Below are positions 15,416-31,564 of a stretch of DNA of 64,000 nucleotides, in pieces (position 1 is the stretch's first letter; every line of letters begins with the position of its first letter). Source of the DNA: the human T2T-CHM13v2.0 reference genome, Homo sapiens; assembly GCF_009914755.1 (NCBI RefSeq), contig NC_060933.1; one strand, 5' to 3'. Below the pieces are notes generated by a model, which saw nothing but the letters and a program-made list of their open reading frames with translations, searched no databases and had not been told where the DNA came from. Both the position numbers and the translations under genes were made by a program.

Positions 15416-16469
15416 GGAAGAAAATTCGAATACATGCCACAGCATGGATGAACCTTGAAGACATTATGCTAAGTGAAATAAGCCAGTTGCAAAAGGACAA
15501 ATATTGTTTGTTTCTACTTATATGAGGTTCCTAGAGTAGACAAATTTACAGAGACAGAAAGAATGATAGTTGCCAGAGGCTGGAGGGAGGGAGAAATGGG
15601 AGTTATTGTGTAATGGGTATGAAGTTTCAGTTTGGGAAGATGAAAAAGTTCTGGAGATGGAGTGGTGGTGACTGTTGAAAGACAATGTGAATATACTTAA
15701 TACACTCAACAGTACACTTAGTGGTTAAAGTGGTAAGTTTAATGTTATGTATATTTTACCACAATAAAGAATAGTGAAAGCTAACGTTTATTGAGTGCTT
15801 ACAATGTACTAGGAACAGTATGCTAAGAGATATAAACACATTGTGTCATTTAATCCTCACAACAACACTTCTTTTGAGAGCAATGCTACTAAGGGCACCA
15901 AGGTTCTTTATAGCTTAGCAGAGCTCCTAGGAGTTGTCACACACTAATGGTGGGGGTCAGCGGGGAGAGGACCATTCCCCCGGTCAGAAGTCCTATCTGT
16001 CACTAATGTTCCTCAGATGCATGTTCTCTAAATCCTTCAAGCCTTTTGGCTTTCCAGAGCCTCCTATCATACATCCTGGGATCTGGACTTGATGGGCTGG
16101 GTCAGGAGAAGAGAAAAGAAAATAGAGTGATGATGCCTTTTGGGAAAGCAATGATAGACTTCCCCGCAAGAAAGTTTCCGGGGCATCTTTGTAGTTGCTG
16201 ACATTTGAAAATACATCATTCCTTGCTACTTAACGTAGTCATTAACTATGGAATGCTGATCAATCAAACACAGTGTGAATGGAGACTAACCGTGTGCAAA
16301 AGTCAGGGGTCGATCAGAGAAGCGGAATGATGATAGGTAATGTAGAATAAAGAATTTATTATAGACATTAAGCTAACCTGGCATAGTACAAAGCCACCTC
16401 ACTGTGTATCCCTAGCATAGCTGATCAATTTTGAGAATTTCACAAAAAAATTCTCTCTTTTCTTAAAAA

Positions 16470-16759
<290 letters not shown>

Positions 16760-16789
16760 TCACCAAAAAAAAACTCTTATTCCATATAC

Positions 16790-17030
16790 TAAAACCCAAG
16801 TGGTATCTCTGGGAAGCCTTTGCTTTGGTCCTTCGCTCTTGGGTATGTACCACACACCCCTTTGTACACATCTGTAATAGAACCCGTATCACTTGAATTC
16901 CAGTTATTTGTGTCCACCTCCTCTCTGGACTCTGTAAGCGCCTTCAGCCAGAATCTATGTTTCATTTCTTCGCATCTCCAGCTCCTGGCATGGTGCCTGT
17001 CATATATGAGATCAAACCATGGGAAACTGC
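16790..17030 (+). mobile_element. L2 3' end
   Basis: TCTGGGAAGCCTT, GACTCTGTAAGC, CCTGGCATGGTGCCTG. Confidence 0.6.
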
Positions 17031-17612
17031 TTCTATTTTATCATCTTTAATCCAAAAAAACGCAATTGCATAAATTCCAGAGTAATAGGAAGTTCTGGGC
17101 AAACATTTGCCAAATAAATGAACACGGAACAATCACATACCCACAAATCCTGATTAAGCATCAAAGAACGGAAGCGCTTTAGGTTTTCTTGTGGCCTTGG
17201 GCTCCTTACCACATGCCTCAATTATCCTTGCACTCTTAAACATGGTGGTGCCATGAGAGATTCCCAACAGGTCAACACACAGCTCTTGTATCATTTTCTT
17301 CTTTCGGGAGGCTGGCAGTATCTCCCCACAGAAGAAGAGTGATCTCTAACAGGTCAAATGCATGGTTTTCTGCACTGTGTTTATGATTCTGGAGGCCGGC
17401 AGTTTTTCCATTCAGCTGATAAGTGGCAGATCCCGGGATGGATGAGATTAGCATCTGGGATGGCAAGTGTCCAGGATGGCTCAGAAGTAGCTGCCAAACT
17501 CCACTTGACTCTCAGTCCCAGCATCACAGGGTGGCAAGTTGCTGCAGAGGCCATGGATCTCAACCATGTATCATTTGGAAGTGAAAACTAACAGATGCGA
17601 AATAGCTTTTTA

Positions 17613-17912
<300 letters not shown>

Positions 17913-18284
17913 TCAGTGTGAGGTTTGTCAGGCTCCATCATCCAAATGGATCCCAGTGGCCACCATTCACAGTTGCAGAGAGGCCTGAATTAGTGTTTCA
18001 GAGAAAGGTAGTTCTGGAACTTCAGAAAGAATTAAGCTTCAAAAAAATTTCATCCATACAGAGATACTTCTGCCTGGGTCCAGCCCTGCAATTCCCTAAA
18101 TTCTGGCCCTCCTCTCCCTCCCACTTCCTGTTCCTTGGTCCAGGCTCCCCTGACCTTCCCTGCCCTCTGCCCTTGGTTACCTGATGATCCAACTCTAGGC
18201 CTCCACCCTGGGTGCTACCTCTTGGGCCTGCCCTAGGAATGGAGACAGGGAAAATGAGCTAAGAGGAGTTGATTGCCTTATATA

Positions 18285-18480
18285 GGTTACCTCACTTCAG
18301 CCTCACAAGGAAATACTGAGAGGTTAGGGTTATTATCTTCCTTTTAAAGATTAAGAAAGAGCCAATCAAAGAAGTTAGGTAATCTGCCTAACACTACAGA
18401 GTGGCTAAGAGATGAAAAAGGAATCAAAACCCAGGTGTGTCCGACTCCAAAGCCCATGCTCTTTGCAACATGCCACACTG
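18285..18480 (-). mobile_element. MIR
   Basis: CCCAGGTGTGTCCGACTCCAAAGCCCATGCTCTTT. Confidence 0.7.
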
Positions 18481-18834
18481 CCTGTCTCCCCTGCTACCTT
18501 TCCACCTTCCCTTGAGTCTCATGTGCATATCCTGCGCCCCTGATATTCATTCTGATGCCCTCTTCAACCTACAATTCATCCCTTCACCTCCAGCAACATC
18601 CCTCCTCCCAGGCTCCGACTGACTCAGAATGATTTCGAAGACAGAAGAGCTGCCCACCATTTGTAATCCACAAATGAAGCGAGGGCACATCTGATCACAC
18701 CTTACCTGCCTTCTCTGAGTCTCCACTGCTTCAGGAAGGGTCCAAATATCTCATCATGACATAAATGCCACTAATAATGCAGCCCTTACCAGTCCCTCTG
18801 GCATCACCTCTCAACTGGTCCTTCTCTCTTCCCT

Positions 18835-18893
18835 TTTTAATTTTTTTTTTTTTTTTTTTGAGATGGAGTTTTACTCTTGTTGCCCAGGCTGGG
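18835..18893 (-). mobile_element. Alu 3' stub
   Basis: T run then GAGATGGAGTTTTACTCTTGTTGCCCAGGCTGG and abrupt end. Confidence 0.8.
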
Positions 18894-18894
18894 C

Positions 18895-19195
18895 ATTAGG
18901 CTAAAAAAAGAAGCCAGTCACAAAAGCCACTTATATGATTCCATTCATATGGAACATCCAGAATAGGCAAATCTAGAGACAGAAAGTAGAGTAATGACTG
19001 CCAGGGGATAGGGGAAGGGAAAATAGGGAGTGACTGCTAATAGGTATGGAGCTTCTTTTTAGGAGTCATGAAAATATTCTGGAATTAGATAGTGGTGATG
19101 ATTGCACAACTTTATAAATACACTAAAACCACTTAGCTGTATGCTTTAAAAGAGCAAATTTTATGGTATGTAAATTATATCTCAATAAAACTGAT
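18895..19195 (+). mobile_element. L1MB-type 3' end
   Basis: AAGAAGCCAGTCACAAAAG, TATGATTCCATT, TGTAAATTATATCTCAATAAA. Confidence 0.8.
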
Positions 19196-19217
19196 GTATT
19201 TTAAACATATTTTAAAA

Positions 19218-19578
19218 GTGTTTATTAGGAATCAATATCTGTGAAAGAAAGGAGGAGGAGGCAGGATTGGGCAGAAGAGTTTGACCTGTGATGCAGGCCC
19301 ACTAAAGCCACAACTAACCAGGGAGGGAGCTCTGGAGCAAGTATGCCCATCAGAGTGTCTCCCATCAGGCTGAAATGGCCCAGCCTTTATGCCTCTACCC
19401 TGCTCAGTCACCGGCTGTGGGCTCCCCAGAGAATAGCATGACCCTGGGCAAGGCAGCTCTCCCTGCTTGAATAGACCCTGAAGCTGCTGGACAGCTGGAG
19501 GCTGTCTGCAAACCCACTCCCTGGACATGGGCAGCAAGTCCTTCTTAAAAGGGGTCTGAGTGGTGTAAATGTCCACTA
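19218..19578 (-). mobile_element. LTR16-family ERVL LTR
   Basis: GGCAGGATTGGGCAGA, GGGAGCTCTGGAGC, GGGCAAGGCAGCTC. Confidence 0.7.
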
Positions 19579-19768
19579 GAAAGGAATGTGACAGTTGTTT
19601 CAGGAAGGAAAGAGAAGTTGACAGAAGAAAAAGGAGTGAGATAGAGCCAGAGAGATGGCAGGAAGCTGTGCATTATGCAATGGGATCCCACCTCACGGAT
19701 CATCATCTTCACCTGAGTTAAGATGCAGAGTACAGACTCTCAACATTTTGTCAAATAGGTAATTCTCT

Positions 19769-20264
<496 letters not shown>

Positions 20265-20360
20265 TAACATTCTGTCTTTTCCTTCTTAGGCTCCCATTTC
20301 TCCCAGAACATGAGCTAGCTGCTGCATTCGCTCAACTAAATTTTTTTTTTAAGGTTTGTG

Positions 20361-20515
20361 AGGTGGGTATGGTGGTGCACATCCATAATCTCAGCTACTC
20401 AGGAGCCTGCAGCAGGAGGATTCCTTGACCCCAGGAGTTCCAGGCCAGCCTGTGTGACTTAGTGAGACCTTGTCTCTAAAAATATATTTTTATTTATAAA
20501 ATAAAAAATAATAAA
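20361..20515 (+). mobile_element. FLAM monomer
   Basis: Single monomer ending GAGACCTTGTCTCTAAAA. Confidence 0.75.
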
Positions 20516-20955
20516 ATTTTGTGGGGGAGAGAGCACCTCTTTTTCTTCACAAACATGTTAAAAGACATTACAATTAAGGTGTAATTTATAAATGATGATC
20601 AATACTGTGCTGAAGATCTACATGATGAACAAGAAGAGTAGTGAAGGGAAAACAAGACGAGTCCCGCCACCAAAACCAAGTTGGATTTAGTATCAGGTGT
20701 TTGGTCTACCAGCTTTTCATAAAAAGCACATCTGGATGCTGCAGGAAAGACTGCATTTCACATACACACTGCATCTGGTTAAGACAAGAATAATAGAGAA
20801 ACCAACAAGGAAAAATGCAAACCCAGACATCTAACAATAATGCTTTTGCAAAGGTGCTTTCCTATACCATCCCATTTATTCCTCTCAACAACTCCATATT
20901 GTAATAATCTTCATTTTATATTATAGTTGAGTCAAATGATGTTCAGTTTAGTTAA

Positions 20956-21308
<353 letters not shown>

Positions 21309-22445
21309 ACTAGTGACTTTAAATGCAATACTCTTTCCAAGACTACACCAAGATATAGCACAACCTCCATTTTCTCTCCACCTTCTGTGGCCAGACAGGT
21401 AGCCACAAGAGAATAGAAACCTCCTCAGCTGTCCAAATGCATTTCCCAAGAAGTAAAAGACATTTAAGGATTAACTTCTTAGAGAGAGTATTTCCTTGAT
21501 GAGCATGGCTTTCAGCCAACAAATAGAATAAACAAAACTACCTCTAATACACCTCAGAAATGCAAGAACTCATTTGTGTGTGGCCTTGAAAATTTTAAAG
21601 AGGAAAACTCCAGACAGGCAACTAGTAAGCATTTTTAACTCCAGCTGTGACAGGAAGTGAAATTTTAAATGGCAAAATAGAGGGAAAAGCTATTAAATAA
21701 GGGCCTCCACAGAACACGGTAGCATTCAGCCCAGGGGTTTCCCACCTCAACAAAAGTCACTATGACAACACTGGGAAATCAAGAGCATTCATGTGCAGTG
21801 ATGGTGAACACATCTACAGACCTGGAGCAGAGTGACACCTCCAGCATTGGTATGGGTTATATAATTAGCAATGAAGAAGAGACAGCTTCCTTGGACAAAA
21901 AAATATGTTTGTGATACTGTGACAACAAAGTTAAATGGATTCCTTTGCTCTAGGACTTCCCAAGAGGGGAATAGTTTATACACTGATTTAAGAAATGGTG
22001 AGTTCCAGCAATAAAATGATCATTTGTAACAGTTGCAGAGAGAAACTGATCATTCTGGACAACTAGTTCAGGTGTAACAAATAGATGTTCTGTTTGCCTT
22101 CATTTCTCCTGCCTGCCCCCATGGAAGGCATGACTAATCACTGCATTTTTTGCCACTGACTCCAGATATAACCGTATACTCTTTAAAACAGCACTTCAAG
22201 AAGCCACTACTGGTTAATCATAAATGCATTAACAACTTTGAAACAAAAAAGGGCTGGCATAAAGCTGCTTAGGATAAAGAAACAGACTAGATGATTCCTA
22301 GGGTGCAACAGATGGAGAGTCTAGGCCAAAAAGATCTGCTAGCTAACTCTCAGAGGAGGAGTTAAGGGGTAGGGGCCAGATCGCATTTATCATTGTATCC
22401 TCGACACCTAGCACAGTGGTTAACACCTAAATCACATGGTAATGA

Positions 22446-23485
<1,040 letters not shown>

Positions 23486-23496
23486 TTTTTTTTCTA

Positions 23497-24049
23497 TTTA
23501 CTCCTCTCGTTTCCAGAAAGATTTAAAGTGGCCTAAAAAGTTACCTACAATTAAGTAAATAAATTTAAAATAAACATGTAAACATTTTACAGCAAAAGGG
23601 AAACAAAAATATTTAAAAACACAGTAAACAGGCCGGGCACAGTGGCTCACACCTGTAATTCCAGCACTTTGAGAGGCCAAGGCGGGCGGATCACGAGGTC
23701 AGGAGATCAAGACCATCCTGGCTAACATGGTGAAACCCTGTCTCTACTAAAAAATACAAAAAAATAGCTGGGCGTAGTGGCGGGCGCCTGTAGTCCCAGC
23801 TACTCAGGAGGCTGAGACAGGAGAATGGCATGAACCCGGGAGGCGGAGCTTGCAGTGAGCCAAGATCGCACCACTGCACTCCAGCCTAGGTGACAGAGTG
23901 AGACTCCGTCTCAAAAAAAAAAAAAAAAAATACAGTAAACAAGGAGTGAGTTACAGCATCTCATACATGGTAGACATACAATTAAATGTTAGTTGTTGGT
24001 AGTAATAGTTTGTATTAATAACATTAGTTGTCACTGTTGATGTCATCAT
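23497..24049 (+). repeat. Local direct duplication, copy 1 (contains AluY)
   Basis: Aligns to 25153-25396 once the AluY is removed. Confidence 0.93.
23631..23930 (+). mobile_element. AluY
   Basis: GACCATCCTGGCTAAC and GGCGGAGCTTGCAG diagnostics; TSD AAAAAYACAGTAAACA. Confidence 0.95.
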
Positions 24050-24629
24050 CTCTGCTGAGAGGATTCCATTTATCTTTCAAATTCAATTCATCTTTCAAAT
24101 CCCCTTCTGGGGTCCAGCCCTATTAGATAGCAAATATGATGTAAAAACCTCAAAAATTAAAACTGTGGTATAGGTATATGACCAGATAGACCAATAGAAC
24201 AGAATAGAATGTCCATAAGAGATTTCAGTTTATGATAAAGTTGCATCATATATATGCATAAAGTACAGGATAAAGTTTAGTCTATAATAAAGTTGCAAGA
24301 TTTTGAAGACCTCACATACAGAAATAGACATTAAGGCACAAAGAAGTTAAATAACTTGCCAAGTTCATGCAGCTAGTAAATTACAGAACTGGGATTTGAA
24401 TGTAGGCATTCTAATCCAGAGTCCATTGTATTAACCACTAAATGATAAAATGTTTTTTAAAAAAGCAAACTACCCATCAGTAAGTATAATATGCTACATT
24501 TGGGGAGGAAGAAAGAAACTTATTTATGTTTGCTCATGTATGCACACAGAAATTCTGGAATGACACACAAGAAACTAATAGCAGTAGTTACCTTTGGAGA
24601 ATGTGGAGATGGACAAAAGGGTAATGGGG

Positions 24630-24717
24630 ATATATATATGTGTGTGTATATATGCATATATATATATGTGTATGTGTGTGTGCATATGTATATACATATG
24701 TGTATGTATATATATGT
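24630..24717. repeat. Compound (TA)/(TG) microsatellite within an L1ME relic
   Basis: Alternating TATA/TGTG tract. Confidence 0.85.
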
Positions 24718-24848
24718 TTATAATTTTTATGTTATACATTTGAACTATATGAATGTATAATCAGATTCAAAATTAAAATAAATACAAAAAGAAAATGCTT
24801 GTTCTGAGCAAGCCTTTTCTGACTCCCCCAAGCAGAGTAAGCTCACCC

Positions 24849-25148
24849 TTTTTTGGGGGTGGGGGTACACAGTATGACTCTGTCACCCAGGCTGGAGTGC
24901 AATGGTATGATCTCGGCTGACTGCAACCTCCGCCTCTTGGGTTCAAGTGATTCTTGTGCCTCAGCCTCCCAAGCAGCTGGGATTACAGGCACACACCACC
25001 ATGGCCAGCGAATTTTTTCTATTTTTTGATAGAGATGGGATTTCGCCCTGTTGGCCAGACTGCTCTTGAACTCCTGGCCTCAAGTGATCCACCTACCTCG
25101 GCCTTCCAAAGTGCTGGGATTACAGGTGTGAGCCACCATGCCTGGCCT
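24849..25148 (-). mobile_element. AluS/J
   Basis: Reverse Alu consensus, degenerate tail. Confidence 0.92.
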
Positions 25149-25152
25149 ACCT

Positions 25153-25396
25153 TTTACTCCTCTCTTTGTTTCCAAATGGATTTACAGTGGCTTAAAAAGT
25201 TACCTACAATTAAGTAAATAAATTTAAAACAAACATGTAAAAATTTTACAGCAAAAGGAAACAAAAATATTTAAAAATACAGTAAACAAGGAGTGAGTTA
25301 CAGCATCTCATACACAGTAGCCGTACAATTAAATGTTAGTTGTTGGTAGTAATACTTTGCACTAATAACATTAGTCATCACTGTTGATGTCATCAT
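25153..25396 (+). repeat. Local direct duplication, copy 2 (empty AluY site), inside an L2 relic
   Basis: About 93% identical by hand count to 23497-24049 minus AluY. Confidence 0.93.
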
Positions 25397-26367
25397 GTTT
25401 TCTGGCACATTTTATGTTTCACTGTCTTTATTTATGTTCCCTCTCTTGTTCACCTAGATCCTCCAGCCAGTCTGCAAGCTCTTCCAGGCAGGATTCTGCT
25501 TCTTTCATTCTTTTATCCCCAGCACAGAGTGCAGTCCCTGACACGTAGCAAGCATCCAGTACATGGGGAAGTGGAAGTGGGAAAAGAGAAGCAGCAGGAC
25601 CAACCAGCCAAGTTTTGTGGTATTAGCACTCTGGAAAAGGAAACTGACTAGGACCTTCATGTAATAGTGGGAGCTTGGAGAGGAAGTGAGGAGGGAGGAA
25701 AATACAGCAACCCTTGCAGAAAAGGTGTACCTAACCCAGCTAGGGCAAAAGGGTAAAAGGGGTACTGCAGGCTGCTGCTAATCAGGGGAAAATGAGGAAG
25801 GTGAACATTCAGCTGAGGAAATGGTAGGAGTTTAGCCCGTTCCTGGAAAAGCAAGAAATGGAGCACGATACTAAGACCCCAGAAGAGAAAGACCTCCAGC
25901 ACAGGAGATTCAGCTGAAGACTCTTTGCTCCTCTGATGACTGAAAATGGACCAGGGAGCATGTGAAAGACTGGCATTGGAGGAGACTCTCAGCTGGTATA
26001 TGCTATCTATACTTTTGGTCTGTTGCTGTCTGTTCACTGAAACTCTTTGCATACACTCATCTGAAGGCTGAAGGGAGATAACACACTGGGTCAGAGATGT
26101 ATTTTCCCCAGCAGAGTAAATCTCCAACTCCACAGGCAAGAGATCTGGCCCACTCCAGTCAGATCACCCACACCCTCTACAAAGCTGCATTTCTGTGGGC
26201 AACCGTGTGAGTCCTTAGTAGAATTCACAGGAATATATTGCATTATTTAATGTGTTAATCATCAAAACTGCACAGATTCTATAGAACTTATTTTAGAAAT
26301 ACAGATAAAATATGTATAAGTTAAGAGAAACAATGTCTGGGATTTCTTTCAAAATAATCTAGCCCAG

Positions 26368-26645
26368 GGCCCAGGCACGATAGCTCACACCTGTAACCCC
26401 ATCACCTTGGGAGGTCAAGGAGAAAGGATTGCTTGAGGCCAGACCTGGGAAACATTGTGAGAGCCTGTCTCTAGGAAAAATTTAAAAATGAGCCAAGTGT
26501 GGTGGCATCTGCCTGTAGTCCCACTACTCAGGAGGCTGAGGTGGGAGGATGGCTTGAGCCTGGTGAGGTCGAGGCTGCAGCAAGCCATGATCGTACCACT
26601 GCACTCCAGCCTGGGAGACAGAGTGAGACCCTATCTCAAATAATA
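26368..26645 (+). mobile_element. AluJ within an L1M 3' relic
   Basis: J-type GGGAGGATGGCTTGAGCC, GAGACCCTATCTC. Confidence 0.88.
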
Positions 26646-26815
26646 ACAGTAATCATCATCATCATCAACATCATCTAGACTAGAGAGGAGAAAAGTCAGC
26701 ATGCATTGATGAAACAAGATTCGCCATGTATTGATAATTTTTGAAGCTGGGTGTGGATACATCAGGTTTGTTATAAAGTTCTTCCTACTTTTTTGTATAT
26801 GCTTTACATTTTTCA

Positions 26816-27272
<457 letters not shown>

Positions 27273-27832
27273 TCAGGGGTACTCTATCATCCTTCTGCTT
27301 GGTCTCTTTGAATAGTGGGATTACTGGTTATTATTTTTTCTTTTTTATACTTTTCTGTATTTTCAGAATTTTTTAAATGAGCGTCTATTGCCTTTATAGT
27401 TAGGAAAATCAATAAAGCTATTTATTATCAATGTGGACTCATGTATTTTTAATTTATAAAATGGATTATCACATTATGCATTATAATAAACCTATTTGAA
27501 ATTTTACATGTGACAGGAGAGTATTTATTTCTACCCCACAAAGAGTAACAAAATAATACATAAAAATAAGAAGTTTGGATTGTCCAAACAGTAGCCATTA
27601 AGAAGAGAATGTACTTTATGTTAAGGATGCTTCTCCCTAAGAGGCAAGCCAGTTAAATGAAAAAAGTAGAATCCTGGATAAATATAGAAAATGTTTGCAG
27701 AAGGAAATTTTATTTCATTGCCTCAGTCCTAAACGGCATTAGCAAATACTGCAAAGTAATGAAGGAGGTCATTAAGAAGGAACTAGAAACGCCTTCCAAT
27801 GTTATGGAAGAAATTCTGACATCTTAATTATA

Positions 27833-27851
27833 TTCTGCCACCTAGTGACAA
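27833..27851 (-). promoter_or_regulatory. Candidate CTCF site
   Basis: Minus strand TGTCACTAGGTGGCAGAA resembles core CCACYAGRKGGCRG, in apparently unique DNA; motif only. Confidence 0.5.
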
Positions 27852-28061
27852 AGGAAGATTAACATACTTGCTTAGCCCGGCTACAACAGCAGAGAGGCCT
27901 GCCCTCCATCATCTGGACACCAGAGCCATGGCCTGACTGCCAGGGCAAGCCTGATCCTACAAGCGCTTGGTGCACAGCATCCTCTCTCTGCTTCTGCTCA
28001 CAACTCTGGGAGACACTGCAAATATGGTCAAAAGCCACGGAGCTGTTCAGTCTGTGGCTGA

Positions 28062-28649
<588 letters not shown>

Positions 28650-28788
28650 TGATTCCCCCAATATAAATTGGGGAAGGAGTGGATGTTCTCAAAGCGCATT
28701 CGGGGCAGCCACACACCACCTGGAAGAAGCTTCGGGTCTCGTGGATGTGGCCCAAGTGAAGTGGTGGCCCATCATGCATTGCGATGGT

Positions 28789-28824
28789 GGGTAGGCGGGT
28801 AGGGGCGGGGCTAGGGCCGGAAGT
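28789..28824 (+). promoter_or_regulatory. GC-box + ETS motif + G-quadruplex-forming tract
   Basis: GGGGCGGGGC 28802-28811, CCGGAAGT 28817-28824, five runs of 3 or more G; motif only. Confidence 0.55.
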
Positions 28825-28892
28825 AGAACTGTGGCCTCCATGGCCACTTGGGACCCCAGAGGTTCTATGCAAGAAACATAGACTCACCGTGA

Positions 28893-29278
<386 letters not shown>

Positions 29279-29610
29279 ACTATGATTCTTTAGAGGCTCT
29301 TTGGGGTCTCCTCTGTGCTTCTGTCAGCAGTTTCAGTCCATTTTCCCAAGAACATTGGTGATAACAGCAGTGACATTTAATAAGGAAATTGATCCTGTGT
29401 AGAAACTTCATGGACAAGATTAGAGAATACAAATCTAAGTGACTGGCATCTGTAGGACCTTTTGATATTGGCCCACCTTTTCATATTGGCCCAATGTGTC
29501 AGCAAGAGCTGGAGAGGAAGCTTTTAAAGCTTGAGCAGATGGCTCATGGCATCAGAATAAATCTTCCGTGAAAGCAATGTCTGAGACGGGGCTAAACTAA
29601 TAGTCTAAGT

Positions 29611-29810
29611 CAGGGATCAGTGAACTATCAGCCTGCTTTGTAAATAAAGTTTTATTGGAGCACAGCCGTGCTCATTTATTTAAATATTGTCCTATGGATG
29701 TCTTCACACTATAACGACAGACATAAGTAGTTGCAACAGAGACCGTGTGGTCTGAGAAGCCTAAAATATTTACTCTCTGGCCCTTTATAGAAAAAGTTTG
29801 CCAATTCATG
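29611..29810 (+). mobile_element. MER58A
   Basis: TTTGTAAATAAAGTTTTATTGG..AGTAGTTGCAACAGAGACCG..GAAAAAGTTTGCC. Confidence 0.85.
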
Positions 29811-30043
29811 GTCTGTATGAATTACCCAGGGAGAACATGGCTTTCAGTCTTCCAAAAACATCCATTCCTCCAGCTGGCTTCTAATAAGAATTACAGATGA
29901 TATAGTGATGAAGTCCTAAGAATTCACTTTTTGGTTTAGAAGCTGATAAACTGGTACTCTTAAAAAAAAAAAAAAAAAAGAGAAAGAAAGAAAACAAAAG
30001 GAAGTCCAAACTTATAATGTTTGCCAGTTTCCATGGTGTAAAT

Positions 30044-30553
30044 CAGGAGTTCTTAACCTCCACACCATTGGTGTTTGGAGCCAGATAATTCTTTTTTAGA
30101 CGGAGTCTCTTTCTGTTGCCAGGCTGGAGTACAGTGGTGTGATACCGGCTCACTGCAGCCTCTGACTCCCCGGTTCAAGTGATTCTCTTGCCTCAGTCTC
30201 CCGAGTAGCTAGGATTACAGGGATACGCCACCACGTCCAGCTAATTTTTGTATTTTTAGTAGAGCCAGGGTTTCACCATGTTGGCCAAGATGGTCTCCAT
30301 CTCCTGACCTTGTGATCCGCCCACCTCGGCCTCCCAAAGTGCTGGGATTACAGGTGTGAGCCACAGCACCTGGCCTGGAGCCAGATAATTCTTACGAAGC
30401 ACTGGCCTTTAAAGAATATTGAGTAGCATCCCTGGCTTCTACCCACTAGATGTCAGTAGCAACCCCCCAGTTATGACAACAAAATATTAATATGTCTCTA
30501 GAGATTGTCAAATGTGCCCTAGGGGGCAAAATCTTTCTCATTGAGAATCACTG
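30044..30553 (+). mobile_element. MER20, split by an Alu
   Basis: AGCATCCCTGGCTTCTACCCACTAGATG, GGGGGCAAAATC..TTGAGAATCACTG; 8-bp TSD GTGTAAAT. Confidence 0.88.
30094..30375 (-). mobile_element. AluSc-like
   Basis: Reverse Alu; 18-bp TSD TGGAGCCAGATAATTCTT. Confidence 0.93.
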
Positions 30554-31518
30554 GTGTAAATACTCCTGCTATAACCAATTTCAAGCTAGTAACTTGACAT
30601 CAGTGAACATGGATGTGGAGAAAGGTGCACACAGTCTAACAAACCAGTAAGAACCATCTCCAGTGCTGTGTGAGAACATACTTGCACAGGTAGTGATGTT
30701 GTTGCCCTATTTTTAAAATTGAGGTGCCTAACCAGGATCCACATAGAAATTAATCTGCTGGCAAGGTTAATTTTTTTCTTCAGGAAGTGGGCTGAATCTC
30801 TCTGCACAAAGTTATATACCATAAAGCATGGTTGAGATTACTATGAACTAAAAAATATCCAAAGCAAATATCAACATTTACCCCAATGGTATTTAAAACT
30901 CTCAATAATATATCAACAAATCCTATGGCTTTCCAGTGGATTTGACAGGATGAATGAGTCTCAAGGAAATTGAATGACTGTACTTGTTAGATGGATTTGG
31001 GTTCTGTTTTGTTGTGATTGTTGTTTTGTGGGGGATTTTGTTATTTAAGTCAAATGAATTTGGGGAAATATCTGCCAATAATTATGATATTATCTTTGGA
31101 AGACTTTGCATTAAAAGTACTGACAATGGTTAATTACTCAGAACCAATTACTAGGGACATTCTTGGGCCATGACATTAAAACCATTTCATCAGCACCCAG
31201 GAGGACATTTACCCTCCTGTTCCAGGACAGCAGCCATCTATTTTTATCTACAGTTTCAGTTGATTAAGCTATAACACTATTTCTATCAATCCTGAATTCT
31301 TGAGGGGCATTAAAATGCAAGTTTTGTAGGAGCATCAATAATGCAGTGTCTCTACTGAACTCGTGCTACTTAGAGTGACAGGCCAATAGCAGGTCAATAA
31401 AGGCTACAGTCATATTTTTCTTGCCAGATTTCTGCACAAGATCATTCCACACAATGACCAATGTTGTTACCACTTCTGGGTTTCCTTTCCCCTTACTAGT
31501 TGTGGCCTCCCTGGACAC

Positions 31519-31520
31519 CA

Positions 31521-31560
<40 letters not shown>
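31519..31560. repeat. (CA)n microsatellite
   Basis: About 21 CA units with one interruption. Confidence 0.95.

Positions 31561-31564
<4 letters not shown>

Larger units (their letters stand above)
29935..30668 (-). mobile_element. MER63, split by MER20
   Basis: TTTGCCAGTTTCCATGGTGTAAAT is continued by ACTCCTG..CCAATTTCAAGCTA. Confidence 0.7.

Noticed and set aside
17413-17422. CAGCTG overlapping TGATAA as a TAL1-GATA composite site
   Set aside because: Motifs overlap instead of having the canonical 8-10 bp spacing
20590-20630. ATGATGA..CTGA as C/D-box snoRNA
   Set aside because: Boxes too close together and no terminal stem
25657-26139. 160-aa minus-strand ORF
   Set aside because: Non-ATG start, no recognisable motif, no supporting splice pattern
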